Shown: positions 12,833 through 27,448, counted from the stretch's first letter. The stretch is 64,000 bases of DNA from Eledone cirrhosa (GCA_964016885.1 CAXHJY010001123.1:23580-87579), one strand, 5' to 3'. Notes: generated from the sequence alone by a model not told the origin. Translations and numbers: made by a program.

Positions 12833-14449
12833 CAAAAGAAATACAACTGGCAGTAAGAGAACAAAACAGTGAGTACATTAAATTATTACACCCAAAAGAC
12901 TTAAAACTTAGACCTATTATAGCTGGTCCAACATGCCCCACTCACCGTCTAAGCAATTTTGTTGACATTATTTTGAAACCACTATGTATTCACACACCCA
13001 GTTTCATCCGGGATGATATCGAATTCCTGTCCCATCTTCCCAAAACCACGGAAACGAATTCACTTCTACTCAGTTTTGATGTGGTAAGCCTTTACACCAA
13101 CATTACACATGATTTAGGAATAAAGGCGGTTAAATACTGGGTGGAAAAACATAGAGAAGTGATTCCCATTAGATTCACAGCGCCATTTATATTAGACGCA
13201 GTTAAACTTATTCTGGAAAACAACACTTTCTTCTTCAATGGAAAGAATTACATCCAAATTAGAGGCACAGCGATGGGAACGAAGTTTGCTCCCGTTTACG
13301 CGAACTCTGTAATGGGATACTTAGAACAACAACTCTACCAAGAAATAGAGGAAAAATATAGTACTGACTTTAGAAAGTACATTGAAAAATCTTGGAAGAG
13401 ATACCTTGACGACTGTTTCATCATCTGGACAGAAGCTCTAGATACTCTAGATAAGTTCAATATCCTCCTGAATAACCTACACCCATCTCTCCAATTCACA
13501 AAAGAGATGAGTAGGACCAAATTACCATTCCTAGATATAATGATAATCAAAAACGACACCACCATTACCACGGATATATATTATAAACACACAGACACCC
13601 ATCAATATCTGAATTTTAAGTCGTGCCATCCACCTCATACAAAACGCAACATCCCATACTGCCTAGCCAGAAGAATTTGTACCATTGTAGAAGATACGAA
13701 TACCAGGTACAAACGCCTAACAGAACTAAGAGAATTTTTGCTGAAAACAAAAATACCCATCTCTACTTATAGAAAATGGCATACAGCGGGCTATAAAAAT
13801 ACCTATACAACAACTTAGAACAACCCAAGGAAGAAGAAACCAAGAACTGGTCATACCATTTATAATGACACACAACCCATGTCACCAGAATATATTCAAC
13901 ACTGCCAAAGCAAACCTACCGATCATTGCTCAAAGTAATGAATTAAAAGGCTTAATCACAGATCGATCTTTGACTCTTAGTAAAAGACAGCCAAAAAATT
14001 TGAAGCAATTGCTAACAAAAGCAAAGTTTGACCTTAATAAGAAAGACCAATCATTCACTGTATCTAAATGCAATGATAATCGATGCGGCACATGTCAATC
14101 CATACACGCCGGTCAATATATGAAAACAAAAACTGGAAAAATATTCCCAAATGCAAATATGAACTGCAAAAGCAGAAATCTAATTTACTGCATTAAATGC
14201 CCGAATTGTGAAGAACTATATGTCGGTCAAACTGGAAATGCACTATCGGAACGTGCACGGGTACACCGTCAACAAATCAGAGACCCAAATGTCCGTCAGA
14301 TACCCCTAAGCGGCCACCTGGCAACATGTGGTCAGGGAATATTTATAATATTCCTATTCTACAAATTACACAGCCCAAGTGAAATCAAGAGAAAAATCAA
14401 AGAAAAGAATTTTATTGATAAATTCAAACCCAAGCTAAATGAACAATAA
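12833..14449 (+). pseudogene. Inverted, 5'-truncated copy of PLE-B RT/EN with a frameshift at ~13745
   Basis: ORFs 12739-13818 and 13865-14449 are nearly identical to 9875-11785; extra A in ctgaaaacaaaaa. Confidence 0.92.
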
Positions 14450-14831
14450 TAACGCCTAAGGTATTACTTCTACTACCACTATGACCACGACCACTAACAA
14501 CAACAACAACAACAACAACAACAATAATAATAATAATAAAAGTGATGTTGATGGTGATGATTAATAGAAAATGGTATTTTCATCATTTAAAAAAGCAAAA
14601 CAATTGATACGTTGGATATGACTATTGGTCGTTAGCACGCTCAACCAGCCGTGACGCTTAAACCAATCAGCTGTAGTAATTCAGTGAAACTACACACTGA
14701 TTGGTCGAAATACAGTTTACAGGGCTTTGCATTCTGGAGCCACTTTTCTCTGTATAAAATGTATAAAAGGTAGGAAATTTACCCATCTCATTACAGTTGA
14801 AAATTGCAAACTCGACTGTCACCACATATCA

Positions 14832-14870
14832 TGAACCTGAAGATTGCGAAAGCATGAAAGTACTTGTTCA
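14832..14870 (+). ncRNA. Minimal type I HHR (PLE-B pLTR, right arm)
   Basis: tgaac-CTGAAGA-ttgcgaaagcat-GAAA-gtac-TT-gttca. Confidence 0.8.
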
Positions 14871-14984
14871 ATTAACACTTAGAATTTAATATTCTATCAT
14901 ACTATTTCATTATAATACCATTATATATATTTTAAAGGATTGTAAATAAAACGAGTAAATCAGACAAAGTTGGAATTCCTCTTA

Positions 14985-15078
<94 letters not shown>

Positions 15079-15751
15079 TATATATATATATATATATGTA
15101 TACTGTATTTGGCTAAATCATAATTTATTATGTCTTTCTATCTCATTTCTAGAGAAAATAAAATACACATTACAACTCTTGTCACTCACCGAGTCCTCTC
15201 AACAACTTTGGATCTTTTACACGCACACATATACGCACACACTCACATATACAAACACATATATACACATACATACACATACATATATACTCACACATAT
15301 TTACACACATATATATATATAAACGGGAAAAGACATGTACATATAATTATATTATTGCAGTTTAATCTGATTTTCGCTTTCGCTATTTCCGTATTATTTC
15401 ATTTATTCTTGTTTTGATTAAAGTATTTGCAAAAACATATTTACTCCAATCTTTACATATTTATAAACATTTATTCTTTAAGAGTATCTACATTTTAAAT
15501 ATGTTTCTATTCTCAAAACATTGAAATTTTCTATATTTTCGTTACATTTATATTTAAGTTATACATGTATATTTTTTACTGCATTTGGTTATGATATTGT
15601 AATTTATTTTATTTATTTATTTTATTATATGTATATCTATACTATATTTATTCATACTAAATAATTACGATTTATTCTATTTGGTTTGTTTTAACATGTT
15701 AATTGGTTCAGTTCTTGCGTTTGTGTTTGTATTATGTTAACATAGAGTAGA

Positions 15752-15970
15752 GGGCGGTGGATTGGCAGTATCAGTAGAGGCTCGGACACCATTCTTTGCA
15801 GCATAGAGTTACGGCCCTTTATGATCTGAGTTCAAATCCCGCCGATATTAACTTTGCCTTTCATCCTTACGGGGTCGATAAAATAAAGCACCAGTAACGT
15901 ACTGAGGTCGATTAAATCGAGTTTCTGCTCCCCCACAATTGCTGACCATGTGCCTATATAAGAAACCATT
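15752..15970 (+). mobile_element. tRNA-derived SINE with Nin/Deu-like core
   Basis: A/B boxes (tggcag...gg, gttcaaatcc); core gcctttcatccttacggggtcgataaa; TSD-like ttatgttaacatagag on both sides. Confidence 0.88.
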
Positions 15971-16143
15971 ATGTTAACATAGAGGTCCTGTTTCAAATTG
16001 ATGTCTTATCCAGCCAGCCTGGGAAATATTGATGAAAGGGCATCTGCACCATCTTTCAAGGATAACTTCCTCTCAGTCCATCTACTAGTTCTGCTTGAAA
16101 TAGCACCCGAGTTTCATCCTTAATTACATTATCGTATCTTAAA

Positions 16144-16333
16144 TTGGCAGTGAATTGGCAGTATCGGTAGAGGCTCGGACCCCATGCTTTCCAGCATAGT
16201 TACGTCTCTTTACGGTTTGAGTTCAAAACCCGTCGAGGTTAACTTTGCCTTTCATCCTTTCGGGGTCGATAAAATAAAGTACCAGTAATGCACTGGAATA
16301 ATTGCTGGTCTTGTGCCAAAAGTAGAAACAATT
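16144..16333 (+). mobile_element. tRNA-derived SINE (same family)
   Basis: Same head and core; TSD attatcgtatcttaaa. Confidence 0.88.
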
Positions 16334-16436
16334 ATCGTATCTTAAACAAAGGTTAATACACCGGATAATGCATTCCTAGATCATTTGGTATGTGGTTAAT
16401 GATGGTGATGCTGGAAAGAATGTTAATGTGCCTGAG

Positions 16437-16488
<52 letters not shown>

Positions 16489-16951
16489 GCGCGTGTATAA
16501 TTTCATCAGACTAACTAAAATAGAGGCATCAGAACTTTCTCCGAGGTCTCCGACGGCCACCCTTCTCTAGCCTTCTCCCAAACCCTCACATTTTTGCCTG
16601 TATTCGTAATTCTCACTTTACTGCTGGTCTACAACGATTCCATTAGCTTTCAATGTTTCTGCTACAAAAATAGAATCGATTCATCCAGAAAGCAGCGAAT
16701 TAACAGATTCGTTATGATGTCGGGTTACATGGCTTGATATTTTGTTCTGGCTCACTGAGGCCAGAGTTCAAATCCTGCCAAGATCAATTCATCGAGGTCG
16801 ATATATAAAGAAGCAGTCTAATACTTGGGTCTCAGTTTAATCCATTTGGAGGTGTGGACAAAACGAGGCCCTGAGCAGCACTGGCCGACTTTGTTGGTCA
16901 GCTTAAACCTGCACTTCAGGTGCCCAGTGGATCAAACAGCAACAACACCGT

Positions 16952-17003
<52 letters not shown>

Positions 17004-17040
17004 CACTACCACCACCACCACCACCACCACCACCACCACC

Positions 17041-17123
<83 letters not shown>
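16952..17123. repeat. (CTA)n/(CCA)n compound microsatellite
   Basis: Direct reading. Confidence 0.97.
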
Positions 17124-17124
<1 letters not shown>

Positions 17125-17125
<1 letters not shown>

Positions 17126-17340
17126 ATTTCAAAATGTGGTGCTTTATTGACATACCCTTATCCGGGACCTTCCAACAGTAATGGTTGCATTCTTTAAGGG
17201 TATGTCAATATTTATTCATAAAACTGCTCTATATTATATTTTATCTGATGAAAGCACACCATAATTTAACTTGGTGTCCTTGAAATATGTATAATGAAAT
17301 AAATATGGTTTTATACATATAGTTTCCATTTGTTAATATC

Positions 17341-17341
<1 letters not shown>
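17125..17341 (+). mobile_element. Solo pLTR of the PLE-C family with HHR motif at 17241-17294
   Basis: Matches ~50290-50480; CTGATGA-aagcacacca...tggtgtcctt-GAAA. Confidence 0.72.
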
Positions 17342-17386
<45 letters not shown>

Positions 17387-17489
17387 TAGGTGTCCCCCAA
17401 AAATGTATATACACAAGATGTGGATTCTAATAAATATTGCCTGTACAGGTAAAACAAAGTGTGTATACATTTAAGGAGGACTCGCTCTC

Positions 17490-17557
<68 letters not shown>

Positions 17558-17636
17558 CACATATATATACATATATATATATACATATATATACACATAT
17601 ATATATATACACATATATATATACACATATATATAC

Positions 17637-17680
<44 letters not shown>

Positions 17681-17694
17681 ATATATATACATAC

Positions 17695-17762
<68 letters not shown>

Positions 17763-17926
17763 ATATATATATATAGAGCGAGTCCTCCTTAAATGTATAC
17801 CCACTTTGTTTTACCTATATTATATATATATATATATACATACATATATGTACATATATATATATATATATATAACGGACGGAGCTCACCTGTCGGGGTG
17901 CTGACTCTTTTGCTATATATATATAT

Positions 17927-18068
17927 AGTAATAATAATAAATTTGAAATCTAAAATCCAAAGAGGGCTCGATAAGGATAAATATATATCAAATATATAAG
18001 AACCGTAGAGCAAATATTTATTAAAATAACAGATTAAAGTTTAAGCAAAGAATCCTTTGCTTAAACTT

Positions 18069-18070
<2 letters not shown>
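17927..18070 (-). mobile_element. Solo pLTR end of the PLE-D family with a short fold-back
   Basis: Matches 50771-50905; taaagtttaagcaaag-aatc-ctttgcttaaacttta. Confidence 0.8.
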
Positions 18071-18161
<91 letters not shown>

Positions 18162-20624
18162 TGGGAACAAGACTGATAAAGAGGAATATGGTGGAATTTA
18201 GAAATTAATTATAATTTACTGACTTATTGTTAAATAGGTTACGAATTAAACGCAAATAGAACTAATTAAAAAGGAATGGTAAACATCTCAATATACGAGG
18301 GAGAATCGATATATGGATACACACATACACACACACAGATACATACACACACACACACACACACACATGCACACACAAACACTCACACACACACAGACAC
18401 ACATACACACACACAAACACAGACACAGACAAACGTAGATACAGACAGACACACATGCATACACACACACACAAACACACACACACTGACACAGACAAAA
18501 ACAAAAACTCAGTCACGCATACATACACATACACTGACACACATACACACACAAACACACAAACACACATACACACATACAGACACACACACACACATAT
18601 ATATATATATATCAATATAACTCTACAAATTAAGCTGACTCTAATACAGTATATTTTATACATATATATACATAGATACATAGATTGTTTTACTTATGCA
18701 TATAACTAGGTATACATATAAAAATACATACACACACATATATCGATATATATAAAGTGAAGTTGGACGTTGTTTGTTTCTTTGTTTGGTGTCCCGAACT
18801 TGCAGGCTACACCGTTCATCCGATTTTCATGAAACTTGACACATATATAAAACTCGACCCGTAGATTGGATTAGGTTACTTGAAACTTTTGAAAAATTGA
18901 TAATCGAGCTCCCATAAGCCAAACATCGATATTTTCAAAAATCGTCCGTTTTCGATGAAACTCGACGCAACTGTGTGTTTTGATCCGGGGAAGAACGTGG
19001 GCTACATTAATAATCGGACCCCAAGCGGCAAAAATCGATATTTTCAGAATTCGTCCGATTTCAATGCAATTTGATATTACAACAATAATAGATCTATTAG
19101 GAGTTACTCCAAGGCTGCAAAAATTCAGAAAGTTTTTTTAAACTCATAAATCATGCGTTAAATGAGACCTTTAAGAGTTAGGGCAGACAATTATTCATAG
19201 ATTAATTATCAATGGCGCAATATTGTGGAAATATGCAAATCTACGCCTTTCTCTATGGGAAAATGGAAGGCTTTACAAACAGATATTTGGGGTTCTTTGA
19301 GTAGAATTCTTAATTCTTAAATAATTTTGCAGTCAACAAAATATATGACAGAATGTTTTTCATATTTTTTTTTAAATATTTCGATTTCAATGAAATTTAA
19401 TGTGTATGTATTCGAACACAAGCACTTTTAGTTTACATCTGGCGCAATCAAAATCAATTTCATATGCCCATATAAGCACGCACACATTGTGACTCATGCG
19501 CGTTATTGATTGGACGGCCTGTCTATACCACGAGCAGTATGTTTTCTCAACGATAGATACACAAACAGGTATGCACGCACGCGCCAACCGCCTTTTTCTT
19601 TTTGTGTGTATCCGCTTTTTGTGAACAACAATAAATCCGTCCGTCTCACTAAACGGTCATTTACAGAATTTGCCCACTTACTTATTGGTGAGTTAGTGCT
19701 TATTTATTTAGACTACTTGCATGCCAGTTCAGTTAAATTTAATTCATTTTTCGCCTTCCTTAAATTTAAAAATCCCCATTGGGACTAGGGGATTGTTGAC
19801 ATCTTAGCGTTAAACTTTTCATATTCCCCCTTATTCAAGTGCAAATACAGTATTATCCCTATCTGATAGGAAACCAAATTTAATGGTGTCTTTTGTGATG
19901 CCAAAAGCTAAAAGCGGTGAGTAAATTTTCAAACAGTCTTAAATAATTATGCTTTTTGAAAAAAATTTACTAAAAATTACTTTGACCAAGTTGTATTGGA
20001 CACATGCAAAGTTGTAAAAAATGTTACGTCCGTTCCAAATTTTTCCTTTTTTAAACAAAAGGTTCTAAAAAATTACTTAATTCATAACACTACTGTCACA
20101 GCCTTTTGCACAGGAAGTGAGTAAGTTTTCGGGTTTTTAAACGTAAGTTCACCAGGGTTTGTGTCTTTTCCATTATTAGCCCACCTCTAATGGCATTTTT
20201 TGTTCTGTTTACGACTAAATTTTATGAGCGTATTTGCAAATTGCTATTGTTCTTTAATTTTTTAATTAGTTGTCATAGACCATCTGCATGCAGTGTAATT
20301 GATTGCGCACACGTACACACCTGCATGCAGATAAAGAATGACAGCTAATAAAAAATCGATAATTTGCTTATTAAGACATCGGTCAGAAGAGAGATTGAAT
20401 GTACTTTAGAAAATCTTTTGAATATATTGTTCTTTTTGGCATGATATGTCAGAAATATAGCTACTATTCACTTCGGTTATTTTTTGTAACTAAAAAACGG
20501 TTCCTTTTGGGTGGATACTTAACGAGAAAAATCCCAGGGTTTTGGACAAGTTTGTTTCAGGCACTGTATAGACGCCAATTTTGTCACACCTTGGTCATGA
20601 ATTTGTATTCTTTTCCAATAAATA

Positions 20625-20878
20625 CCGTATTTTCCGCTCTATAAGGCTCACCGGGATATAAGGCGTATCATTTAAAATCAGGTCCGCGGAACGGCGTGTA
20701 AGGCCAACCAGGAAAATGCTATCTTTACTTTTAGTCTAGATCTATTACTTCTGTTAGAGCCGTGATTGATTACCATTGTATTAGTTATACATAAGGCTCA
20801 CCGGAGTATAAAGCGCAGAGCTGTTTTTTAAAGAAAATTTAGGTATTTTAAGTGCACTATATAGGCCGGAAAATTCGG
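20625..20878. mobile_element. TcMar/pogo-type MITE nested in the Helitron
   Basis: TA|ccgtattttccgctctataag ... ctatataggccggaaaattcgg|TA. Confidence 0.75.
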
Positions 20879-21002
20879 TAGGTTATTATAATTATATTTC
20901 CAAACCTTCCCATTCACCAGTAACCATGCTAGCGAATTTGGTGTCACCTCTCTCTGTACTTAATCACCCATCCCTAACCTAACAGCTTCGTTACACGACG
21001 TT

Positions 21003-21945
21003 ATGCCCACACGGAAACGTTCAAGACTTACCTCCAAAAAAGATACAGCTACTGGTTTGAGACGACGAATTAGGCGTTCTCAGGTATGCGTTCATTCACA
21101 ATTGGTTAATCCTTTATGCAATATTCTCCCTCAATGTTAGCAAGCACTGCGTTTATCCCAACTGTCACCTCTTTTAAGCAACTACAACATTCTAATCGTA
21201 GTTATATTAAATTTATTGTCTTACCTTGATTCCCTTTTGTTCATATTACACTTTTTTACTATCGGCACAGTGCCTTTGGCTTAGCTAACCAGTAGCATAA
21301 ATTAACTTTCTCTAGGAAACACCTGCTGAGTGCGAATCTCGACTCGCTGAGAAACGTCTTTCCCAGCTGGTTGAGTCACCAACATCTCGTACGACGCGTC
21401 TTGCTGGCGTTCGCCTTCGTTACCAACAAGCGCTTGCAGAGGAGTCACCAACATCCCGTACGACGCGGCTTGCTGGCGTTCGCCTTCGTCGTCAACAAGC
21501 GCTTGCAGAGGAGTCCACGGCAGACAGAGACAACAGGCTTGCTGCTAAGCGTTCCCGGCATACATTAGCTACTGCTGCCAAGAGCTCAGGCTGGGTAAAA
21601 GCAGCCTTCAGATATAACCCCTCTGAGGATTACTGACTTCTGCCTACAGTTTCCATTGGCAAAATGGATAATGTCTGTACATCCTGCAAGGCAATGAAGT
21701 GGCCAGGCGAGGCGCCTTCTATGTGCTGTGCAGGAGGTAAGGTGCAACTAGAGGCATTGGCTGACCCGCCAGACGTTCTTCTGAATCTACTTACAGGTGA
21801 CGACACTACGGCTACAACGTTCCACCGTAACATGTGGAAATACAACTCCTGTTTCATGATGACCTCCTTTGGTGTAGACAATAACAACACCAACAACAGC
21901 GTGAACCCCAACAACAACGTTGCACCTGTGATACGCGGGAAGTAA
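21003..21945 (+). pseudogene. Spliced N-terminus of Helitron Rep/Hel: exon 21003-21083, intron 21084-21315, exon 21316-21945
   Basis: GT..AG phase-0 join gives MPTRKR..SQ|ETPAECESRL.. with STPR-like E(S/T)P..R..RL repeats, then AFRY.P..DY*, IGKM..C..C.A.KW..E...CC..GKV and YNS.F.MTSFG. One TGA at 21634. Confidence 0.8.
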
Positions 21946-22026
21946 CTTTCACACATTTTAACAACAGAGCAAAAGTCGACTTACACCCGGGCAATACCGG
22001 GTACTTCTGCTAGTATATATATACAT

Positions 22027-22087
<61 letters not shown>

Positions 22088-22154
22088 AATTTAAAACTTT
22101 ATAAAGTAACTGTCTCTCGCTCTCCCCCTCTCTCTCTATAGATATCTATATTTA

Positions 22155-22213
<59 letters not shown>

Positions 22214-22589
22214 ATCTATCTATTTATCTAACTATCTCTCTCTCTCTATATATATATATAGGAGAGAGAGAGAGAGAGAGAGAGAGTGTGAGAGTGCTAG
22301 AGAGAATGAGAGGGAGAGTTGTGGGTCGGAATGAAAGGAAAGACCAACCGACATACACTGTAGAAGTCATACATCATAACAACAGTCTGACTTAACCAGT
22401 TTCAAGACGAAAACACGTCTAATTATATTCCCCATCTTGTTTTTCTCTCCTCAAACTTTACTCATGCGTGTTTTCGTCATGAAACCGTTAGTGTGGCGTT
22501 GTTACGTCAAACTCTTATGTATGACAGGTTTAGCTTACCTCCTCCAATGTATATCTCGTTGGAGGTGTCTTGGGTGACTTAATGATAGG

Positions 22590-22745
22590 GACCCCAGTCC
22601 TATCATCTCATTTCTACAGCCGAGTAAACTGAAGCAACTTGAAATAAAGTGTCTTGCTCAAGGAAACAATACATCACCCAGTCCGAGAATTGAACTCGCA
22701 ATTGAACTTTCGATTGCAAGCCCAATGCTCTAACCACTAAGCCAT
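22590..22745 (-). mobile_element. Diverged tRNA-derived SINE (second family)
   Basis: Minus-strand ggcttagtggttagagca head, B-box-like gagttcaattc, and ccttgagcaagacacttta core. Confidence 0.6.
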
Positions 22746-22762
22746 GCTCCTTCACAAACTCT

Positions 22763-22815
<53 letters not shown>

Positions 22816-23655
22816 TACACATACACATACATACCCCCCCACACACACATACACATACACATACATACCCCCCCCCCACACATATATATATATATTCACC
22901 CACATATATATGTGCATTGTGATAGCGCATGACCTTATGTTAAGGATTGCGGGCTTCCGATCGTCATGTGATTTGATTCCGGTATCGGGTGAATCGGTGT
23001 TATCTTGAGCAAAACGACTTCATTGCAGGTTGTTCTAGTACAGCTGAAAATTAGTAGCAACAGCAACAGCAGCTGTCGTTTGAAACTGCGACGAACAGGC
23101 GTCCTTGACCAATGGGGAACCTTGTACACATGTTGTAAAGATCTTTTATATATATAGCAGTTGTACTTTTCAAACCCTTTTTTATGACATTTTTTTCCGT
23201 TTTATTAAGCCTTATCATCCAGGAAGTAGGTATGTAAACAATCCATTTTTAGAACCGTTGAACGATAGGAAGATTGAATTTGTAAGTTAGCAGCGTCAAT
23301 GTATTTTGACTATGAAAAATAATCTAATATATAAATAAACGTCGTGTGTGGAGCTCGAATTTTCAAACTTACGAAGCACGGAGGAAATGAATTTATAAAA
23401 TGTGGTGTTTGATTGTTCGTAGTGGACGTTGACAGCATTTTTTCGTCTCTAAGTTTCTTTGCCCGATATTATAAGCTATTCTATAGCAACTGAATAGGAT
23501 TGGAATCATTTTCTGTGCCCGAGCTTCGTTCATCTTCCTATAATAAATGAAGAGTGAATAACAAATTTAGACTTATAACATAATTTTACTCTACGTACGT
23601 TTCAATATACAACAGCCGGCCATACCTCAATATATATTGGGCATTCGTCTGCTGT

Positions 23656-23689
<34 letters not shown>

Positions 23690-23728
23690 TAGAGAGGGAG
23701 GGTGGAATTGGAAATACCACGGAAAATA

Positions 23729-23890
23729 CCGTATTTCCCGGCGCCGAAGACGCTTCGTCCAGGTGGACGCACCCTAATTTTGACGACCAAAAATTTGAAA
23801 AAATTATTATAAGCAGCCTCGAGGACGCATGGTAGATTTTTGAGACGTATTTTAGAGGAAAAGTAGCGTCTTCGACGTCGGGAGATACTG
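23729..23890. mobile_element. TcMar/pogo-type MITE
   Basis: TA|ccgtatttcccggcgccgaagacgc ... gcgtcttcgacgtcgggagatactg|TA. Confidence 0.8.
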
Positions 23891-23949
23891 TATATTTGAG
23901 GATCTGTTTTTCTATTTTTCTTCTTTGATTCGTCAAAGTGACATAATTG

Positions 23950-24140
23950 TATATTAAGTACCAGTAATGTACTGGGTATTTGCTGGCCTTGTGCCTAAAG
24001 TAGAAACAATGATTGTATATTCTGAGTTCAAATCCCGCCGAGGTCAACTTTGCCTTTCATCCTTATGGGGACGATAAAATAAAGTACCAGTAATGTACTG
24101 GGTTATTGCTGGCCTTGTGCCAAAAGTAGAAACAATTATT
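23950..24140 (+). mobile_element. Two 5'-truncated SINE pieces in tandem
   Basis: Core and tail ttgctggccttgtgccaaaagtagaaacaatt. Confidence 0.8.
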
Positions 24141-24342
24141 GTATATATATAACAAAGAGGGTGTGGTAAGAAACCAGGTGGACCATAACGCACCAGAGTA
24201 CTCAATACTTAAGGTAGTAGAGTGGGTAATATGAAAAGAATCAGGACCCTGACGGCTGAGCTCCGGCCGTTTCGACAGCTACAACCAAACTGTTCGGATC
24301 TAGCTGCCGAGACGGCCGGAGCTCAGTCGCCGGGGTCCTGAC

Positions 24343-24399
<57 letters not shown>

Positions 24400-27085
24400 T
24401 ACTCTTTTACTCTTTTACATGTTCCAGCCATCCGGCTGAGGCCATGATGTTTAACTTATGCCTAAGTTTCCATCGGTAGAATACAGCTACAGCTAACAAA
24501 TACTTATCCCTAACTGTAGGTTCTGGAATTAAGAAACATTATTAATTATCTCGATAAATTAAGACAACCAGCATTGGAAGAAAATTCCTTTATCAGAGGG
24601 GTTCTTTAATTTAGTAAACAGACTTTATCTTTATTGAACCACGCATGCGCGTGGTTCAACCACCAACTAGATATCTATATATCATGGACAATATAACAGG
24701 TTTGTAATGACGTTAGAAATAGCACCCATGAAACCTGTCTAGTATAGTACCTTACATTTAACTGAATTCGTGGTCAGCTGCACTTTAGCGTAATAGCTAA
24801 CGCACTCGGCTTGGATTTGAGAGATACTGTGTTCAATTCTCCGTAGTGACTGCGGCCAACTTTTTCCATTTCTGCGCTATTTCTTATAGCGATCTACTGT
24901 TGTTACAGCTACTTTCGGGGTTACAAAGTATGCAACTGAAACTGCACCAAAATGTATAAATATATACACATATCTAAATATAGGCATTCAAATATGCCTG
25001 AAAATATGTATTTGTACAGATATATCTATATTTGGTACAGATATATTTATATTTACTTCGGCTGGTAGCACGCTTTTTAATATAAAAGGATAATGATCCC
25101 ATAACTCCTTGTGGAGTCGTAGAGGCACCATCATACGGCTTGTCTAGGGCACACTTAAACCTGGCGGAGCCCAACCCTCTCCAGGTATGAATACAGTCGA
25201 TTTTTTCTATAGAGGAAGAATCAACCCCAGTACTGGACTAATATTTTTTTATGGACCTCGAAAGGCTGAAAGGCAAAGTTGACACCAGTGGTATTTGAAC
25301 TCAGAGTACACAATGAGGTGAGACAAATACCGTAAAGCATTCTATCCACCGTCTTAACGACTCTGCCAATTCGTCACCTTAATATACAACTTAATATATA
25401 ACTTAATTTAATTACCAATATGAGCGCTAATTATATGCAAATTAGTATGTCCATTTCAGAATAATACTAAGAACGAATGGGCATATATACCCATCGAATA
25501 CATGTTTCCTTGTGGTTGACAGGATAATATACAAGTCCATTAATGAAGGTCCAATTAGATCCGAAAATTGCTTAAAGATGTTTATCATATTTTCAATTTA
25601 CAGGAAAATTTATATTTTCTAGCATGTTTACAAATATTAGATATGTGTATATATTTATACATGTTGTTGCACTATCAGTTACGCACTCTTTATATACGCA
25701 GATATAATTTTATCACATACATACATATATATATAAAGAGAGATAAACAAACAGGTAGATTACATCATGAAAAGCCAATTACCCAAATACACACACATAT
25801 ACACACATGCAAATGAACACACACACACACACACACGTATATATATATATATATATATATATATACAAACATACCACACATACGTACACACACACAATCA
25901 TACACACACAATCATACACACGCACACATATGAGAAATGTTTCTATCTCTCTAACCATTAATTGTCCTGTTTATAAATTTGAAGAATTATGGAACAACGC
26001 CAACGTTAAACCATATAGAAATCGTCCCCCCATACCAAAACCTCTCCCCAAACCACCCAGAATCACCCACACAACATCCCCACCATCACCTTCCCCCATT
26101 CCAATAATGGATGCTATCTAGAAATATGGCGTCAAGCATAATTACGCGTTATATGTTCAGGAAATCCATAAAATGTATCCGTCTTCTCACTCCATCATAC
26201 ACACATACATACGCACATACATACGCGCATACATACGCACATAAATACATACATGCATACATACAAACATACATACGCTGATAAGTACATGCATGCATAC
26301 ATATATACATGGTGGCTGCCAACTCGTTTTCGAGTACGACCACTACTTTATATCCATGTAGGAGAACCCCTACCGATGCGCTGAACGAGTGTGACTTTTT
26401 AGTCCAGCCAGCGACTTGAAAACTCTGGTACAAACACTACACTTGTGACAATTAATGACACATAGTGCTGGGCCCATGGTACCATGTGACGACAAGTGCA
26501 GAGAGATCTCCAGATATAAAGCAATGCCTGTGCCGTGAAGCTTTTATAGTGAGCAAAGGCACTGCAAAAAGCCAGTCCCACTCTCTTAACCAAGATGATA
26601 TTTACCAAAAAGAAGAACAAATCAACATCATTGGATACCATCAGGGTTGCAGGTGTTATATCAGAGTTTTCCTTCTCCTAGAATTCTGCCTTGACAAAGG
26701 CTAAGGGGTCATCTCTCCCGGTGATTTTGGATGGCCATTGACTCTTAAGAGCTCCTTTGCCCTTTGACAGGTTTTGTTTTTAGTCCTGCAGGATGTCCAA
26801 AGTCATCCTCCTCACCAAGAAACCTTGGTGGGGTTGCCAGTTTAGTCGCCAACGACCCGACCATGAGACAGGTTGTACTGGGATACATGTTACCAGCAGC
26901 ACCAACTGGTGACCTGACATATATACATATATACATACACACATATACATACATACATACATACATACATACATACATACATACATACATACGCACATGA
27001 ATACATACATACATGCATACATACATACGTACGTACATACATACAGACAGGCATACAAACAGACATACATTATATACCTATACTA

Positions 27086-27119
<34 letters not shown>

Positions 27120-27322
27120 TCACACACGCACACACATATGTATATATAAATATAATACATACAATATTACATACATCCTTGTATACAGAGATGCATATAA
27201 ACATACACGCATATACATACATACACACATACATACATGCTACACACCCAGACAACACTCACACAATATATATATATATATAAAGATATCTATCTATCCA
27301 TCCATATCTCTCTCTCTCTCTC

Positions 27323-27364
<42 letters not shown>

Positions 27365-27402
27365 ACTCTCACTCTCTCTCTCTTTCTTCTCTCTCTCTCT
27401 CT

Positions 27403-27448
<46 letters not shown>

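Larger units (their letters stand above)
9340..14990. mobile_element. PLE-B: 5'-truncated two-ORF Neptune-like element with a long inverted 3' duplication
   Basis: 9340-11490 is the reverse complement of 12833-14990; RT/EN on both arms; right end abuts (TA)n. Confidence 0.93.
18743..22013 (+). mobile_element. Internally deleted Helitron
   Basis: A|TC 5' end; 3' hairpin cccgg-gcaata-ccggg followed by CTAG|T; Rep/Hel N-terminal coding remnant. Confidence 0.85.

Noticed and set aside
24780-24850. tRNA-like sequence
   Set aside because: A/B-box-like motifs are present but the cloverleaf stems are poor; more likely a decayed SINE head or pseudogene.
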